Program-made: the position numbers and the translations under genes
Notes under the pieces: generated by a model
Told to the model about the DNA's origin: nothing
Database searches by the model: none
Seen by the model: the letters and a program-made list of their open reading frames with translations, nothing else
In this document: piece after piece, positions 52,004 through 64,000 of the stretch
Layout of the letters: each line of letters starts with the position of its first letter
Position numbering within the stretch: the stretch's first letter is position 1
Source of the DNA: Peribolospora baueri
Taxonomy: Eukaryota
Length of the DNA: 64,000 nucleotides
NCBI GenBank assembly: GCA_029717555.1
Contig: JAMDHS010000001.1
Coordinates: forward strand, 620,001-684,000
Direction of reading: 5' to 3'

Positions 52004-53656
52004 GGGGCTGGCTTGGGGGGGTCGAGTGAAGAGAAGGAAGTGGACAGCTGGGGTCAGCGGCGGGCAGAAGAAAAGAGAGCGCGACACGATACGGCGACCG
52101 ACCGACCTCGGAGCATGCCGTCGGCCGGCGGGCGATAGACGAGCGCGACGTCGAGCATCGAGCTTCACAACCTTCCATTCCAGTCCAGCGCCGTCCATTC
52201 CAGTCCACTCCGTCCAGGCCGTCAACGCAAAGGTAGAGGACGGCAGGTTGGCAGGACGCAGCTCATGACGGGCGAGAGGGGTGGACGGACGGGACGGGAG
52301 GAGCGGTGGCGACGCGACACGGACGGCAACGGTTCATGCTGGATGCGACATTGTACTCACCTCGAGGGCAATCGACGGGGTCAGACGTGCGTGACGCCGG
52401 CGTATCGTATAGGACAGCGGCGGTGGCGGTGGAAGGTGGTGGTGGCGGGGTCGTCGTTAGGCGAGGTGGTGTTGGATGAAGTCAGCCTGGTTAAGTATGG
52501 GGAAGGCACAGGCGGAGGAAAGGAAAAGGCGGTGGACCATCATCTGTTGCGTGCAAGTGACATGCGGCTCTATTTTTTCCTCTCCTCTCCTCTCACCGTG
52601 CGTTCGTTGCTCCTCTGCGCTCGCCGCCTGCCTCTCTGCCCTCTCTCTTCGGCGCTCGCTGCTCGTTGCTAGTTGCTCTCTTCTTTTTTTTCCTACCCAC
52701 CTGCACCCGCCTGTCCTGCGTCCGAGGGCGGATGGGGGAAGCGAGAGCGAGCCGGGGCGGCGGGCGGGAAAAAGAATCCGGCGGTCTGCGACTTGGCCGT
52801 CGCAAGTTATTGCGCGCGCGGTCGTGGTGGTCTCAAGCGGAATGAGATATCCTTCCGGTTTGGGTCAAGGCTCGCACGGCAATGTGACGTTATAGTGCTT
52901 CTCACAAAGTTCCATAGTCAACTCACTCAAAGCACTCGGGAAATGGGCTTTTCTACGCAGGGAGCAGGAACGAGCCGACGAGTTCTTTGCAGATATTGAT
53001 TGATGCCGCGATGTCATCGGGTACAGTTGAAACGCCATCCGCCGTCCCCACCGTACACACTCGCCCTTTCTATCACGTACCTCCGCCTCTGCCCTTAGCC
53101 CCCCCGCCTTCCGTCGCTTAGCTGTTAGGAACCGACGCGTGCTTTCATCATCGAAGGCGAGAGGGGAAGTAGAAAACAGCCAGGATTCGTTCGAAAGCGG
53201 GGAGAGAGCCAAAACGAGGGAGGGATACAGTGGTCGGCGGGGTTACAAGCTCGGGTCGTCGCGAGGGAACACGCAAGGGCGAAAAAAAAGACAGTCGGCA
53301 ATGATGGACGGAATCGAGGGCATACAAATGGGAGGAACGACGGATTTGAGCACAGACAAAGGAGAGCGCTCGGTGAGGCCCACTGTCGGCGGGCACGAGC
53401 GCCCGCCAGCTCGGCGCCCTTGCAGAGCACCATCGGAAAACGAAAACGGGACGAGGGATGATGCGGACCGAGAAGGAAAAGATAGACAACACAACCACAA
53501 ACAAGTACAGAACATGACCGACCGATGACAGACCGCCGGTACCCACCCAGCGGATCGAAGGCGAATGCAATCGCCTCCCACGCCACGCCGAGTCTACCCA
53601 GGCGGCCTGGCCATCTCATGACACACAAACGAACCGTCAAAACTTGAACATGGCGA

Positions 53657-56600
53657 TCAAGCGATGAGGCAACTCCTACCGTCGTACTCGTCCAAATCAG
53701 GCGGGCTCTCACTCCCTCTTGGCGTCGAAGCGCCCTCGCCCGCATCGCCGCCCGCATCGCCGCCCGCCTCGCGCCCCGCGCGGCTGGGATTACCACCGCC
53801 CGACCCGCCCGCCCTGGAGCCAGAACCCGAGGCCGAGTCCGAGCCAGAGGCAGAGGCAGAGCCCAAGCCAGAGCCCAAGCCAGAGCCCAAGCCAGAACCA
53901 GAGCCGGATGTTGCACTGACTCCACCGCTGGGCGAGGAACTGGGCGACAAAGGCATGCCGAGCGAGGCAAGCGTGCGCACCCAACTCCTTCTCGCTGCCG
54001 CCCCTCCTCCACTGGGATCAGAAGATGCATTGGGGGAAGAAGAAGAGGGGGGGGACGTGTTCCCACTTCGCCTGGCTCGGCCCAGCATCCAGCCTCCACT
54101 CGCGCGGTGGGAGGTGGAATTGCCGGCGGGAGTGGTGCGCAGGGCGCGTGCTCGGAGGCGGGCGAGAGCGTGGTTGCGGGAGTCGACGGACTGCCAGGAC
54201 CAGAAGGAATGGAGTACCACCTGCATTTGGTGTGCGGATCAAAACGCGTCGCGAAGAGGAGCCTGTCAGCGAACCTGATACGATGGCGATCGTCAACGAA
54301 ATACGATCGTTGCGTGCAATCCCACCTTATCCTCGTCGCATTCCCCCAGCTCCTTCCCAGCTTGCCCCTCCTCCTCTTCCATGTACCCCGCCCAAGCCCA
54401 TTCCCATCCCCTCCTCCCCGCTCGCGGTCTCGTCTGCCCTCCTCCGCTGCTGCCGCCGGCCAGTTCGTTCACGACCCCTCGGCCGATGGAGCGGCAGTCG
54501 ACGACGGAGAGGAGCATCGTATCTAGTTCTCTCTTCTGCGCCCGCAACGTCGCCAACGCCGACGAGGGTGATGAAGGCGGCGAAGGGGAAGCCGGCCGGT
54601 TGTTGCCGCCTGAGAACGACTGTCCAGCTGCGGAAGCGGCAGCAGCGGCGGTCAGGGCATCGAACCGCCTGCGCCGACTAAGCTTGACAAACTCTTGCAC
54701 CACTGCGTCCGTAGCTTTCGTCCCATCGATTTCAAGGTGAACCAGCCTGTGACACGAACGGATGAGGCTCAGCATCGCCGCGGCGCTGGGGCCCGTGCAA
54801 GACGAGATGAGCAGGTGCGTCAGGTATTCGCCCGCGTGCGGCGGTTCCTCCCGCCGCATGCGCACTATCCTGCGGACCGCCGGTGGCCTTGGTGACGCCC
54901 TTCCTGGCGGCCGTGCGAGGTGGGAACGTGCGTTACTGCTGCTGCTGCCGCCGCTATCAGAGGTGCCGCCGCGCGCGGAGAAAGCCGCGGAAGAGGTAGA
55001 GGCTGAAGGCCCCGCGACGGAATGGGCGGCGGCGGCGGCGTGAGCGGCCGCGCTCACAGCTGCTCCTACCGTTCGCCCTATGCCCAGGGTCCTATGACGA
55101 TCCGGATTGACATCATCCGACGTCGAAGGGGGTGTCAACGCGCTGAGCGTGCGATCGCCAATCTCGGCGTCCTCAAGGTCGACCTTGCGAATGTACGGCG
55201 TCGTACCGAACAGCCTGACCAGCCCTGCCTGCTTGACTGCCGCGCCAATGCCCGCCAGCTCAAACGTCTCGAGCTTGGGCACGGCGTGGGCGAGGTAGCT
55301 GGCCGCTTTGTCGGTAAGACGCATGCAGTTCGAGAGGCAGACGTTTCGCAGCTTCGTGACCCGACGCGCGTACTTTGTCGGCGAAGCGGGGTCGAGGCCT
55401 ACCTGCTGAGAAGTCAGAACCACGACGTCCGTCTCGTGCTCAGCGGATGAAGCCGACAACGGCACGTCGACAAAGGCCGCTATCGAATCATCGGTGAGTC
55501 CAAAGGCCGCCGAGAGGTCGAGGCTTATCAACTCTGGGCATCTTTGACCCAGCAGGGACAGGAATGGAATCCACTCTGACTCGTGACTCATCATCAAACG
55601 AGATGCGAGTAGAGACTTGAGGTTAGTGAGCCTTAGCGGCTTCCACCTCCCATCCATCACCGTCTTACCGTCGTCTTCTCTCAAAGCACGCCAAAGCCCA
55701 TCAGCGTCGACGGAGCTATGGGAAACGTCGAGCCTCTCCAAGGCCAGAGCGGTCGCGGCCAAAAGACTTACGGCCTCGTTACCGAAGCACTTGAGTCCCT
55801 TGAAGGACGCGTTGACGAGCTGAGGCGAGCGAGTGATGAGGAATTTCAAAGAGGAGGCGGTGAGAGAGTGCGTGCCTTCGAGGTCGATAGTCCTCAGCGA
55901 GGTGAACGGCTGGCGCAGTGGAGTAGAGACCGGAGGACTCTCGCGGGTAGAGGATTCGGCCTGAGGCTCGTCGGGTTCGGAAACCGTCTCCTGGCCGGCA
56001 CACTCTTGAACCAGCAATTCGAGTTCTTTCCCGGTCAAGTTGCACATCCCTCTCAGATCGAGCGTCCGGATGAACGGTCCGGCATGAGACGCCACGCGGA
56101 GCAACAACGACTTTGGTATCGATGCGTGGTCCTCGCTGGGGAAGGCGAAGGGCGAGGCATCGAGCGAAATCCAGAGCTGGCCGTCCAGGCACAGAGACAG
56201 GAAGGAGGTCGAAACCTACAATGAAAGTAAAGAACGACGTGGCAGGACATATCTGTCGAAAGTCAGAAATCGGGGAGAGAATCCTCAACCTTTCAACCGT
56301 TCATGCCTTGCCCAGCGTCGAAATTCAAACTTACCCGGCTTAGCCTTACGAGCTCCTTGACAGCTGCCTCCTTACCACGCCACCTCGCCTTCTTGGTTAT
56401 TGCACCCTTCCACTTCCCGGTGGCGACAGCTTCGTCATGTTCCTCCTCGTGGAGACACACGAGCCATTTCAGGATGTAAAGGCGCACCTCGCGCGGGAGC
56501 ATGTTAGTGAACAGGTCCGGTTTTGTCTCCTCTTCGACCTGAGGAATAGCCTCCAACCCCTCCTTGACCCCGGCTTCGACGGGGCCATAGTTGAGGGGCA

Positions 56601-58710
56601 CGCTAGAGGTCGAGGCAGACGCAGGGTCAGAGGCGCTAGATACCGCCGCCACTGGCGCCGACATGGCGGTGCGCAACAGAGAAGGACGGACGGGGACCGT
56701 GTCGTCGGCAAAGTCGAACGCCCGGCCTTTGCCCTTGCGGTCGATAGAAGCAGGGCTAGGGAAGGCCGGAGGTGGTGTGAACGGCTCTGCCTTTGAGGTG
56801 CCTTGCTTCATCGCTGGCTCCTTCGACCTCTTCTCCTCTGAGGCGCTTGACGAATCCGCCCTGACATCAGCCTGTGCCGGACTACCATCGCCGCCGCTAG
56901 CCTCTTGCATCGGAGCGCCGCTCTTCCTTCGCAACAGCTTGTATGCGATCTTTGAGCTCGCGCTCATGCCCACACCAGCCCCCGAATCAGAGTCGCCGTC
57001 GCCAGCTCCACGGGTTAAGAAGCTGAGAGGACGAGACGCCGATGAGGCTCTGCTGCTGCGCTGTCCCGACGAAGGAAGCGCGCCCGAGCTGCTGGCCATC
57101 GTAGCGCTCGTGCTCGCCGTATAGTCCGAGTCGGATCTTCCCCTACTGTCCGGCGCCGGCGCTTCTCCGCCAGTATTCCGTACACTGCTGTTCGTGCGGG
57201 AACTCGATCTGCTGCCCATGCCGAGCCGACCGCGCAAAGCTCTGGCGAAGCTCCGGCACTCGTCGTCGGCGCTTCGAGCGCTGACAACGCTAGGCGCAGG
57301 GGAGATGGAAAAGTTGAGAGCGGAGCCCGAGTTGGAGGCTCGTACAAAGAGGGGGGAGCGGGATGTGGGCGAGGAAAGCTGTGAGGAAGTGCCAGAGCGA
57401 GGCCGGAAGATAAACGAGCGCGGACGAGAGCTCGAACTATCGGCATCAGAAGACAGACCACCGGGAAAGGCGAAAAGGGTACTGTGCTGCCGCGAGGAAG
57501 AGCCACCTTCTTGGGCAGATAGAGTGTCCTGTCCAGCGTCAGTCACCGTCGTGCTGGGGGTCAATCCGAAAGCGGCCGAGTTCGCTGGAGAGTTCTGGCC
57601 GACCGGAAGCGAAGGCAAGCGGAGAGGGAAAGCGCCCCTCGTTGCTTTAGCGTGCCGACGCTGCTGGTTCGGGGACAAGGGCTCGTCTGCTTCCTGAGGA
57701 GTCCGAGCAGAGGTTTTGGCGGCTCTGCGCAAAGGCTCGAGAGGCTGAACGACTCTGTTCAGCGAGGGGGTAGAAAGGTATCTCGCGCGGTCTCGAGCCG
57801 CGCGAAGGATCCAGCGGTGGCTCCGATGGGGACCTTGTCGGGCAGACGCCCCAGGATCAGGAACGCCTGGGAGCGTCTGGGTCTGTCCGGAGGGCCCTTC
57901 CGACGAGGGAGCGGCTGCCGCGTTGACATGGGCACCTGCACCTCTCTGCATCAAGGGAGCGCCTCTTTCAGCCGCCTCGCAATTCTCCGCAGCGTCGCCC
58001 GAGGAATGGGGTGAAGGGGGTGAAGCGGTTTCGCCTTCTTCGCAGTTCGCTTTCTGCGACGTCGCAGCCGACTCTGACACCTCCTCCTCGGCGCGCCCCG
58101 TTTCGTCGTCGATGCCGGGCGTATTGTCGCCGGCCATGGTGATCATGCCCGCTGCCTCGAAGCTCAAACTGCGCGTGTGCTCCCTGGCCTTTCCCTTCCC
58201 CTTGCCCTTGCCGTTTTCCACCTGTACCGCCTCAGCGCGACTCCTGGACGACTTGAAAGAGGTGGGAGACATGGAGAATTCGTTATCGGCTCCGCCCAAG
58301 ATGCTGGCGCTCGTTCCCGCCGTCTCCGCGCTTCGCGCGCTGCCGATGCTGCCGACGGAAAAGGGAGCGCCGTAGCTCGTTGCTGCAGAGTATCTGCGGC
58401 GGCGAAACGCACCGCGATCCGCTGTGTCATCCTCCTCCTCGTCCGTTGACGACGCCGCTGAGGAGACAGCGCCGAGGCTGCCGAGGCTGGCCCACGTGTT
58501 CTTGCGCGACCTGGGAGCGGCTTTGGCGTCCGCGTGCGCATCGGATCGCGACGAGGAAGGATTGTCTTTCCGAGAGCCGTTCAGCTCGGACGATGGGGAG
58601 GCGAGCGGAGAAACGGGGGACGTAGGGGAAGATGGCGTCGAGGAGAACATAAGGCCCATGTCGAGGGACGTGTCCTCCTGTGCAGACACGGTGGGTTGGC
58701 GGGGAGCCAT
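53657..58710 (-). CDS. F-box/leucine-rich-repeat protein (FBXL2/20-like) with a long disordered N-terminus and C-terminal CAAX
   Basis: F-box DLFTNMLPREVRLYIL...LVRLSR|VS..LCLDGQLW; LRRs IRTLDLRG, LRTIDLEG, LERLDVS, LISLDLS, LRNVCLSNCMRLTD; CDEDK|VVLHSFWSWQSVD; ends RSCLIA*. Confidence 0.85.
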
Positions 58711-60575
58711 GGCTGTCTACGTAGAGGGAGGGTACAGAAAAGTTCCCAACCGCGACCGGCTGAGAGGATGACAGGTATTGGGGCGGTGGTGGTGGTGCCT
58801 AAGACGGGGTGTGGTGAAAGAGGGTGGCCGCTCGAGGTGTGATCGACGGCCTCACCGGCCGCGGCTCCGAGCGCCCATAGATCGATGGTGGTGTGGCTAC
58901 GGAGGGTGGGTTGAGACTTATTTCAATGATCCGGATCGAGGGGGCGTGGTGGGTGGATGAGTGATGGCGCCCCTGAGCGGTGGCGAGTAGATCAGTCAGT
59001 GAGAGAGGGAGAGCGCGGGGGCGTGATAAATACTCCGTCGCGCGCTTATCGCTGCCCGTCCTCCACACGGATGCAACGGCCAACGGGGGTCGCTGGACCG
59101 CCAAGAGACCGCAAGGGGAGGCGTGATACGGAGAGCACGCGTGACCGTGCTGGGCGGGAGGAGGAGGAGGGGTGGAGAGAGAGAGGCGAGGCGGTGGAGA
59201 GGGAGAGAGAAAATGGCGGGTGGGGGATATGATATGATATGGGACCTCGATCGAGATTGATCGTCATCGTGTGTGAGCTGCGATGGACGCGGATCCGGAC
59301 GAGTCGAGTCGAGCCGAGTCGTCTGCGCGCGCGCACGTCGCTCGTCGCTCGCTCCTTCTCGAAGCTGTGTCGACACGACAGCAATCTCTTGTGCGCTGAC
59401 AGAGACCGAGCTGCTCACGAGAGCCGTACAGACGTAACAACCATTCAAGCAGGTCCACTTCAGATGTACAAGGGCCAACGGCGTGGATGGAAACCGGTCC
59501 CCCCTTCCTTCGTTCTTTCGCCCGCTGCTTCTTGGGGCCGCACGAGGACGGGAACAAGGACAGCACCGCGACTCTATGAGTCTCCCAATCACGAATGGGG
59601 CACCACGGAGCGGCACGGGAGGCGGGGAGGTCACCGACGAGCGCAACAGCGAACAATCATATAAGCAACTCCTTTCCCGCTCCGGCTCGCTCTGCAGTGT
59701 GCCGCAGCGTCTCATCGTGCCTCCTTTCAGACTCCCAGCGCGGTCCCGACTGTAACTGCTTGACACCGCCCGCAGTTCGTTCAAAAGCTTGTGACCATAG
59801 GAACCCACCGCCGGACGAAAGCGAAACCATACCGCAGTGGCAAGGAGCCGGGTGAGGTCGGTGTACGGGTCAATGTCTTGTCGTCGTAGCGGGGCCGAGT
59901 CGCGAGTATGGCACCGCCGTCGGGTCGGCTGGGTAGACTATTGGCTCGTCGCAGACAGACAAAAAGGAGGAAATAGAAGTAGACTGCGAGAGCCTGCGTT
60001 AGGGAGATCGAGAGAGCGCAGGGTAGGCGACAAACAATAAGCAGAGCACAGGTCGTCACTAGTCCATCGCTTTCGTCCATCCACCGAACTCTTTTGAGGC
60101 GCCCTCCTCTGTCAACGAGATCGAGGGCGACCTTACAATATTGTCGGGCTCATTGCCTCAGCCATGGACACGTTTGTGAAAAAGGCAGCCAGATGCTGGT
60201 AAAGAGGACCGGAGAGGGGTTAAGTTCCATCCGTTCGGCGCGTTCGAGAAGACGTTTCGAACGTTTTCCAACGTTGGGGTGCAGCATCCTTTGAAAGCGT
60301 CTTGTACCTGCGGACGCTGAACACTCCAAGACGGAAGCTCGCCGTATTCCCTGGAGCGTACAAGTGCGAGACATAGAATCGGTCCAATACGGCACCGCTG
60401 CCCCTTTCAAAACGTCGAGGGAGTCGTCGGTGGAGCGAAAGAAAGCGACGCGCGCGGATCGGATGGGATGGGCTCTTTGACGCGTGTTGCCGCAATCATC
60501 GCGTGGTCTTCGAGCTTGCTCAATCGTCGAGCACCTCTTTCTTACTCCCGGACGACGAGATAGGTACCACCCGCA

Positions 60576-62125
60576 TCAAGTCGCCGCCCGTATCCGTCTC
60601 CAGTCTCGCTTTGGGCTTGCAGGCGCCGTCTTGGGGTATATCCGTCGAGCCGCCAGATAATGCCACCCGGAGAGGTGAGCTGGACGGCGGTCCGTCTCCT
60701 CCCTACCAGCCGCAATGCAGAGGACACACGCGGTCCGGATGTGGGTGCACTCCTTCGGCGAGCATCCGTGGTTGTCGGGGCAGGTACACTGGCGGAGGGA
60801 GTGGGAGGAGGAAGCGCATCTAGCGCATCACGGGGTGGCCGTGCAGTGGACGGCCGTGTGGTCTAATGAGCATCATCGATAACATTGGCGGACCGACTGC
60901 CTCGCCTTCTCGGCCAGTTTGAACTCGCTGGCGATGGCTACTCCGCGTTGTATCGCTCGGTTAGCAGACTCTTTGCTGCTGAAGGGGACTATCAGGCTCG
61001 ACTTGGGGTGGGGATTGGGGCCAGTGGCGCGAGTCGGCACTGCCCACCGCGCTTTGACGATATCGCTGCGGGGGTAACCGTTGTCCGCAGCCACGTCACC
61101 CAGGCATTCCTCACTGTCGGGCACAAACGTCGTCGGCGTGGACGATTACCGGGTACAGGCGGGCCTTCAGACGGAGGTCGTCGCTGAGGGAGCTAACCCA
61201 GGCCTGGTCTGACGACAGCCGAGCAGCATCCTCTGCCTTGAGCAGGTGCACGACTATTTCCTTCGAGCGGGGGCGGACCGCAACTGCCGAGACAAGGATG
61301 TCCTCCCCGACCTTGGACTTGATCGCCACCTGGATGCGATGGCGGAGAACGGTGGGGGCAGTGTCGACGAGGACGGGTTTGCCTGGATGACGTTGCGCGA
61401 AGACGATCGCGGTGGACGGGGCGCCAGGAGTCGAAGTCGCAGTTGTGGACGCATAGTAGGAGAGCCCACCCCTGTCGGCGTCGGCGTATGATCTCCCGCT
61501 GGTTTGGGATGTGGTGGGGACACCAGAACCGTCTGGCGGGGTCGCCCGCCTCCTGAACGCGCGCTTCCCTGGCGTCGATGGTGTGCTGCAGGTGAGTCAC
61601 CTGCGTCCCGAATTAGTTTAACTTAAGAAGTGAGGCTTTCACGTCGGTTTGGAGGACCTCCGTCCGGGCGGCAGTGGCAACATAAGCGGCAGCCACACTG
61701 GAGATCTGGCAGAGGAGGAGGTTGAGGGCGGTGAGGTCATCGACGTCGGCTTCTTGGACCTCGCCAGTATCGGCTGAAGGATCTTAACAGCTGAGAGGGC
61801 AAGTAAGCCAATGTCGTCGGGATTCGGTACGAGCTGGCGCACCCTAGTGTTGGGGGTCGGAGGCGGTAGAGCCGGCGTGCGGTCAGGAGTGGGGGTGGGG
61901 GTCACATCGCGTGCGGCGCGCGCTCGCGTGGTGGTCGTGGTTGTAGGCGGCGCGCCGGGCAGAGACCCAGGACGCTGTGCCGGGGTGGCTCAGGGGGGGG
62001 TCCGGAGGGTAAAGGAGCACAGGAGAGGGGGCTGGGAGAGCAAAAGACGACTTGAGCTTATGGTGAGGTTCTAGCTGATGGTGGTCGTCTCGATAGCGTT
62101 GACCCTCGTTCTTAATGAAAGGCAC
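60576..62125 (-). mobile_element. Decayed non-LTR retrotransposon (LINE) ORF1/gag relic; no ORF2 seen
   Basis: Fragments EIVVHL, RLYPVIVH, KSSLIVPFSSKESANRAIQRGV, then knuckles QCYR*CSLDHTAVHC and *CARCASSSHSLRQC, then CPDNHGC..ECTH..CVLC. In-frame stops at 60873-60875 and 60828-60830 and several frameshifts. Boundaries are approximate. Confidence 0.8.
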
Positions 62126-62432
62126 AGCCGCAGCCGCGTCAGGTTGATGATGATAGTCGGCTCCCGATCACCACCCGCTGTGTCGCAGCAGGCGGCATCC
62201 GCTTCAGGATGCGCAACGCGATCGGCTTTCGGCGTCTGCATGCGTACCCCCCTTCCCGTCTCACCTCCACCATCATCGTCACCATCATCCTCGATCTCTC
62301 TCGCTTCTCTTCCGCTCTCCTTTATCTCGAATCCTCAATTTCTCCTTATAGACCGTGAATGATTTGCCGCCCGTAATGAAGTGGGCCCGTCGTCACCGCC
62401 CCGCTCGTCGCTCCTGTCGGCGGCAGCAACTG

Positions 62433-64000
62433 ATGACGCCACTGCTACTGGTAGGTCTCCTCAGCACCTGCTTATCCGCCGCCTTCCTCTCCGCCGCCAT
62501 CGACCCCAAAGCGGATTTGCAAGCGTCTTCATTATCGGAAGATGTACCAGTGCACCACCAGTTTGTCTTTCAACTCGACAGTCTCCCCTCCGCTTCGGCG
62601 ACTTCGCCCGTCGCCGACGACCTGGTCGGGTCATCACCGCCCGTGGACGACGATCCCCCATACATGACCTTGATCGATGTCCTTTCCGGGTCCAAGGAGC
62701 ACTCGTTACTCGTGCGACTGTTACAGCGCACCCGTCTTGTGCCGACTATTAACAAGCTCGAGCAAGCTACTTTTTTCGCACCTACCGACAAAGCCATTCG
62801 TCGCGCTGCTGATCGGGAAAGGGAGAGCGTTCGAACCCGGAGCCAAGGTCAAGAGGGTTTGTGGGTTCAAGCGATAAACTGGGCGGATGAGTCTTCGGAA
62901 ATCTCTTATTGGGATGACCATGACAACATCGCAGAGCGCCTGCGCCAGACGCTTCTCTACCACATCCTCAACTACACCCTTCCGTACTCGCCGCTCAACT
63001 CTTCGTCCTCATCTGTCCTAGTGGACAAGCCTCGGCCTCCGCTTGCTCCCGCTGCGGACATGCATACTACTCTACACCTGCCATTCCTCTCCGATTCCCC
63101 TTCTCGACCCGGCCCCATTCCCTCGCCGCCTCCAGGCCACCGCATTCCCTCACCGGGAGATTTAGGAGGCCTACTTGCGGGCGACGGCCAGAAGGTACGC
63201 CTTTCTGGGCGACCAAAGTCGAGTGCAGTGGAGCAGGAGAAGCATAGGATGGGCGGAGACAAAGGCGGGGGCAAGATGGAGTGGTTCGTGGGTACGGATT
63301 GGAAGGGAGAGGAAGGCAGTCGTATTGCTTGGGAGGACTGGCAGGCGTTGTGGGGTAAAGGAGTAGTCGTTGCTGTGGACGATGTGCTCACCCTACCGGT
63401 CGATTTGGGTGAGTCGAGATATATTCAACTAGTAGTCTCTCTCTCTTTGGCGCTGACTACACGACCGCGGGACGTCGGCACCCTCCTATCTTTCAGCCAA
63501 GACGATATCTTCTCATCCTAACCTGGCCTTCATCAACTCACTCCTTCCCAACCATACCATCGCGACGCTCGCCACATCTCCACACCTCACGCTCTTCTTC
63601 CCATCAACGGATGCCTTCAACGCCCTCTCCTCCCTGGAGCGGAAGTATCTCGCTTTGGCTGGCGAGAACGAGATGGTAATGCAGGACGTCGTCAGGCTCG
63701 CTGCCATGCATGCCAGTGGATCGGGTGTAGATCAACGTGGTCAAGTCGGCTACACTGAGAGATTGACTGACAAGGATGGAAAGGGACGACGTGAGTGCTG
63801 GGCCTAGCTGTTGTACGAGAAAACATAATTGACCCTTCTGTCGGCTTGATCTCATCCGCTCTTCTTGAATGTTAGTGACCACGATTCTCGGTGGAGATAT
63901 AGAAATCGAGGAACGGGATGGATCCTTCATCATCGACGGGGAGACCACGTTGGTGGAAGGTGATGTATTTGCGGAGAACGGTGAGTCTTTAGCGCTGACT
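62433..64000 (+). CDS. Secreted/membrane fasciclin (FAS1) domain protein, 5' part; continues beyond the window
   Basis: Signal-peptide-like MTPLLLVGLLSTCLSAAFL (alternative ATG 62376), TLIDVLS, LLQRTRLVPTINKL, TFFAPTDKAI (FAS1 H1), LRQTLLYHILN, GVVVAVDDVL (H2), second repeat HLTLFFPSTDAF and DVFAENG|. Confidence 0.85.

Noticed and set aside
52810..52900. tRNA A-box-like stretch (GTGGTCTCAAGCGG)
   Set aside because: No B box (GTTCRA) or cloverleaf pairing found; no tRNA or rRNA could be supported anywhere in the window.
53820..53905. 12-nt tandem repeat resembling a repeat array
   Set aside because: No spacers; it is a coding Gly-Ser repeat in the F-box gene's last exon. No CRISPR-like array exists in this eukaryotic window.

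Overview
Intron-rich, GC-rich fungal (basidiomycete-like) chromosomal DNA with about 16 protein-coding genes. In order: 3' end of an MFS transporter, TRM44, a membrane-anchored alpha/beta-hydrolase-like gene, an AlaX/AARSD1 tRNA-editing protein, RIB7, BUD32, the G-protein beta subunit, an AIF/AMID-like oxidoreductase, RPN5, a YAT-family amino acid permease, a Tea1/Kel1-like kelch protein, a large membrane-bound NRPS-like enzyme, IMA1, a possible CAP-C/cofactor-C-like protein, an ACT-family (GABA/polyamine) permease, an F-box/LRR protein ending in a CAAX box, and the 5' part of a fasciclin protein. A decayed LINE ORF1 relic lies near the right end. The most notable locus is the ~1,600 aa enzyme at 37743-42814 (-). 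It has the A-T-[TM + beta-helix]x3 layout of epsilon-poly-L-lysine synthetase, but its adenylation domain is of the carboxylate/CoA-ligase type and is followed by a second, apparently dead NRPS-type A subdomain. It is a candidate polyester (polymalate-type) or novel polymer synthetase. Gene models were spliced by eye, so start codons and some exon limits are provisional; all family calls come from motif recognition, not database searches.
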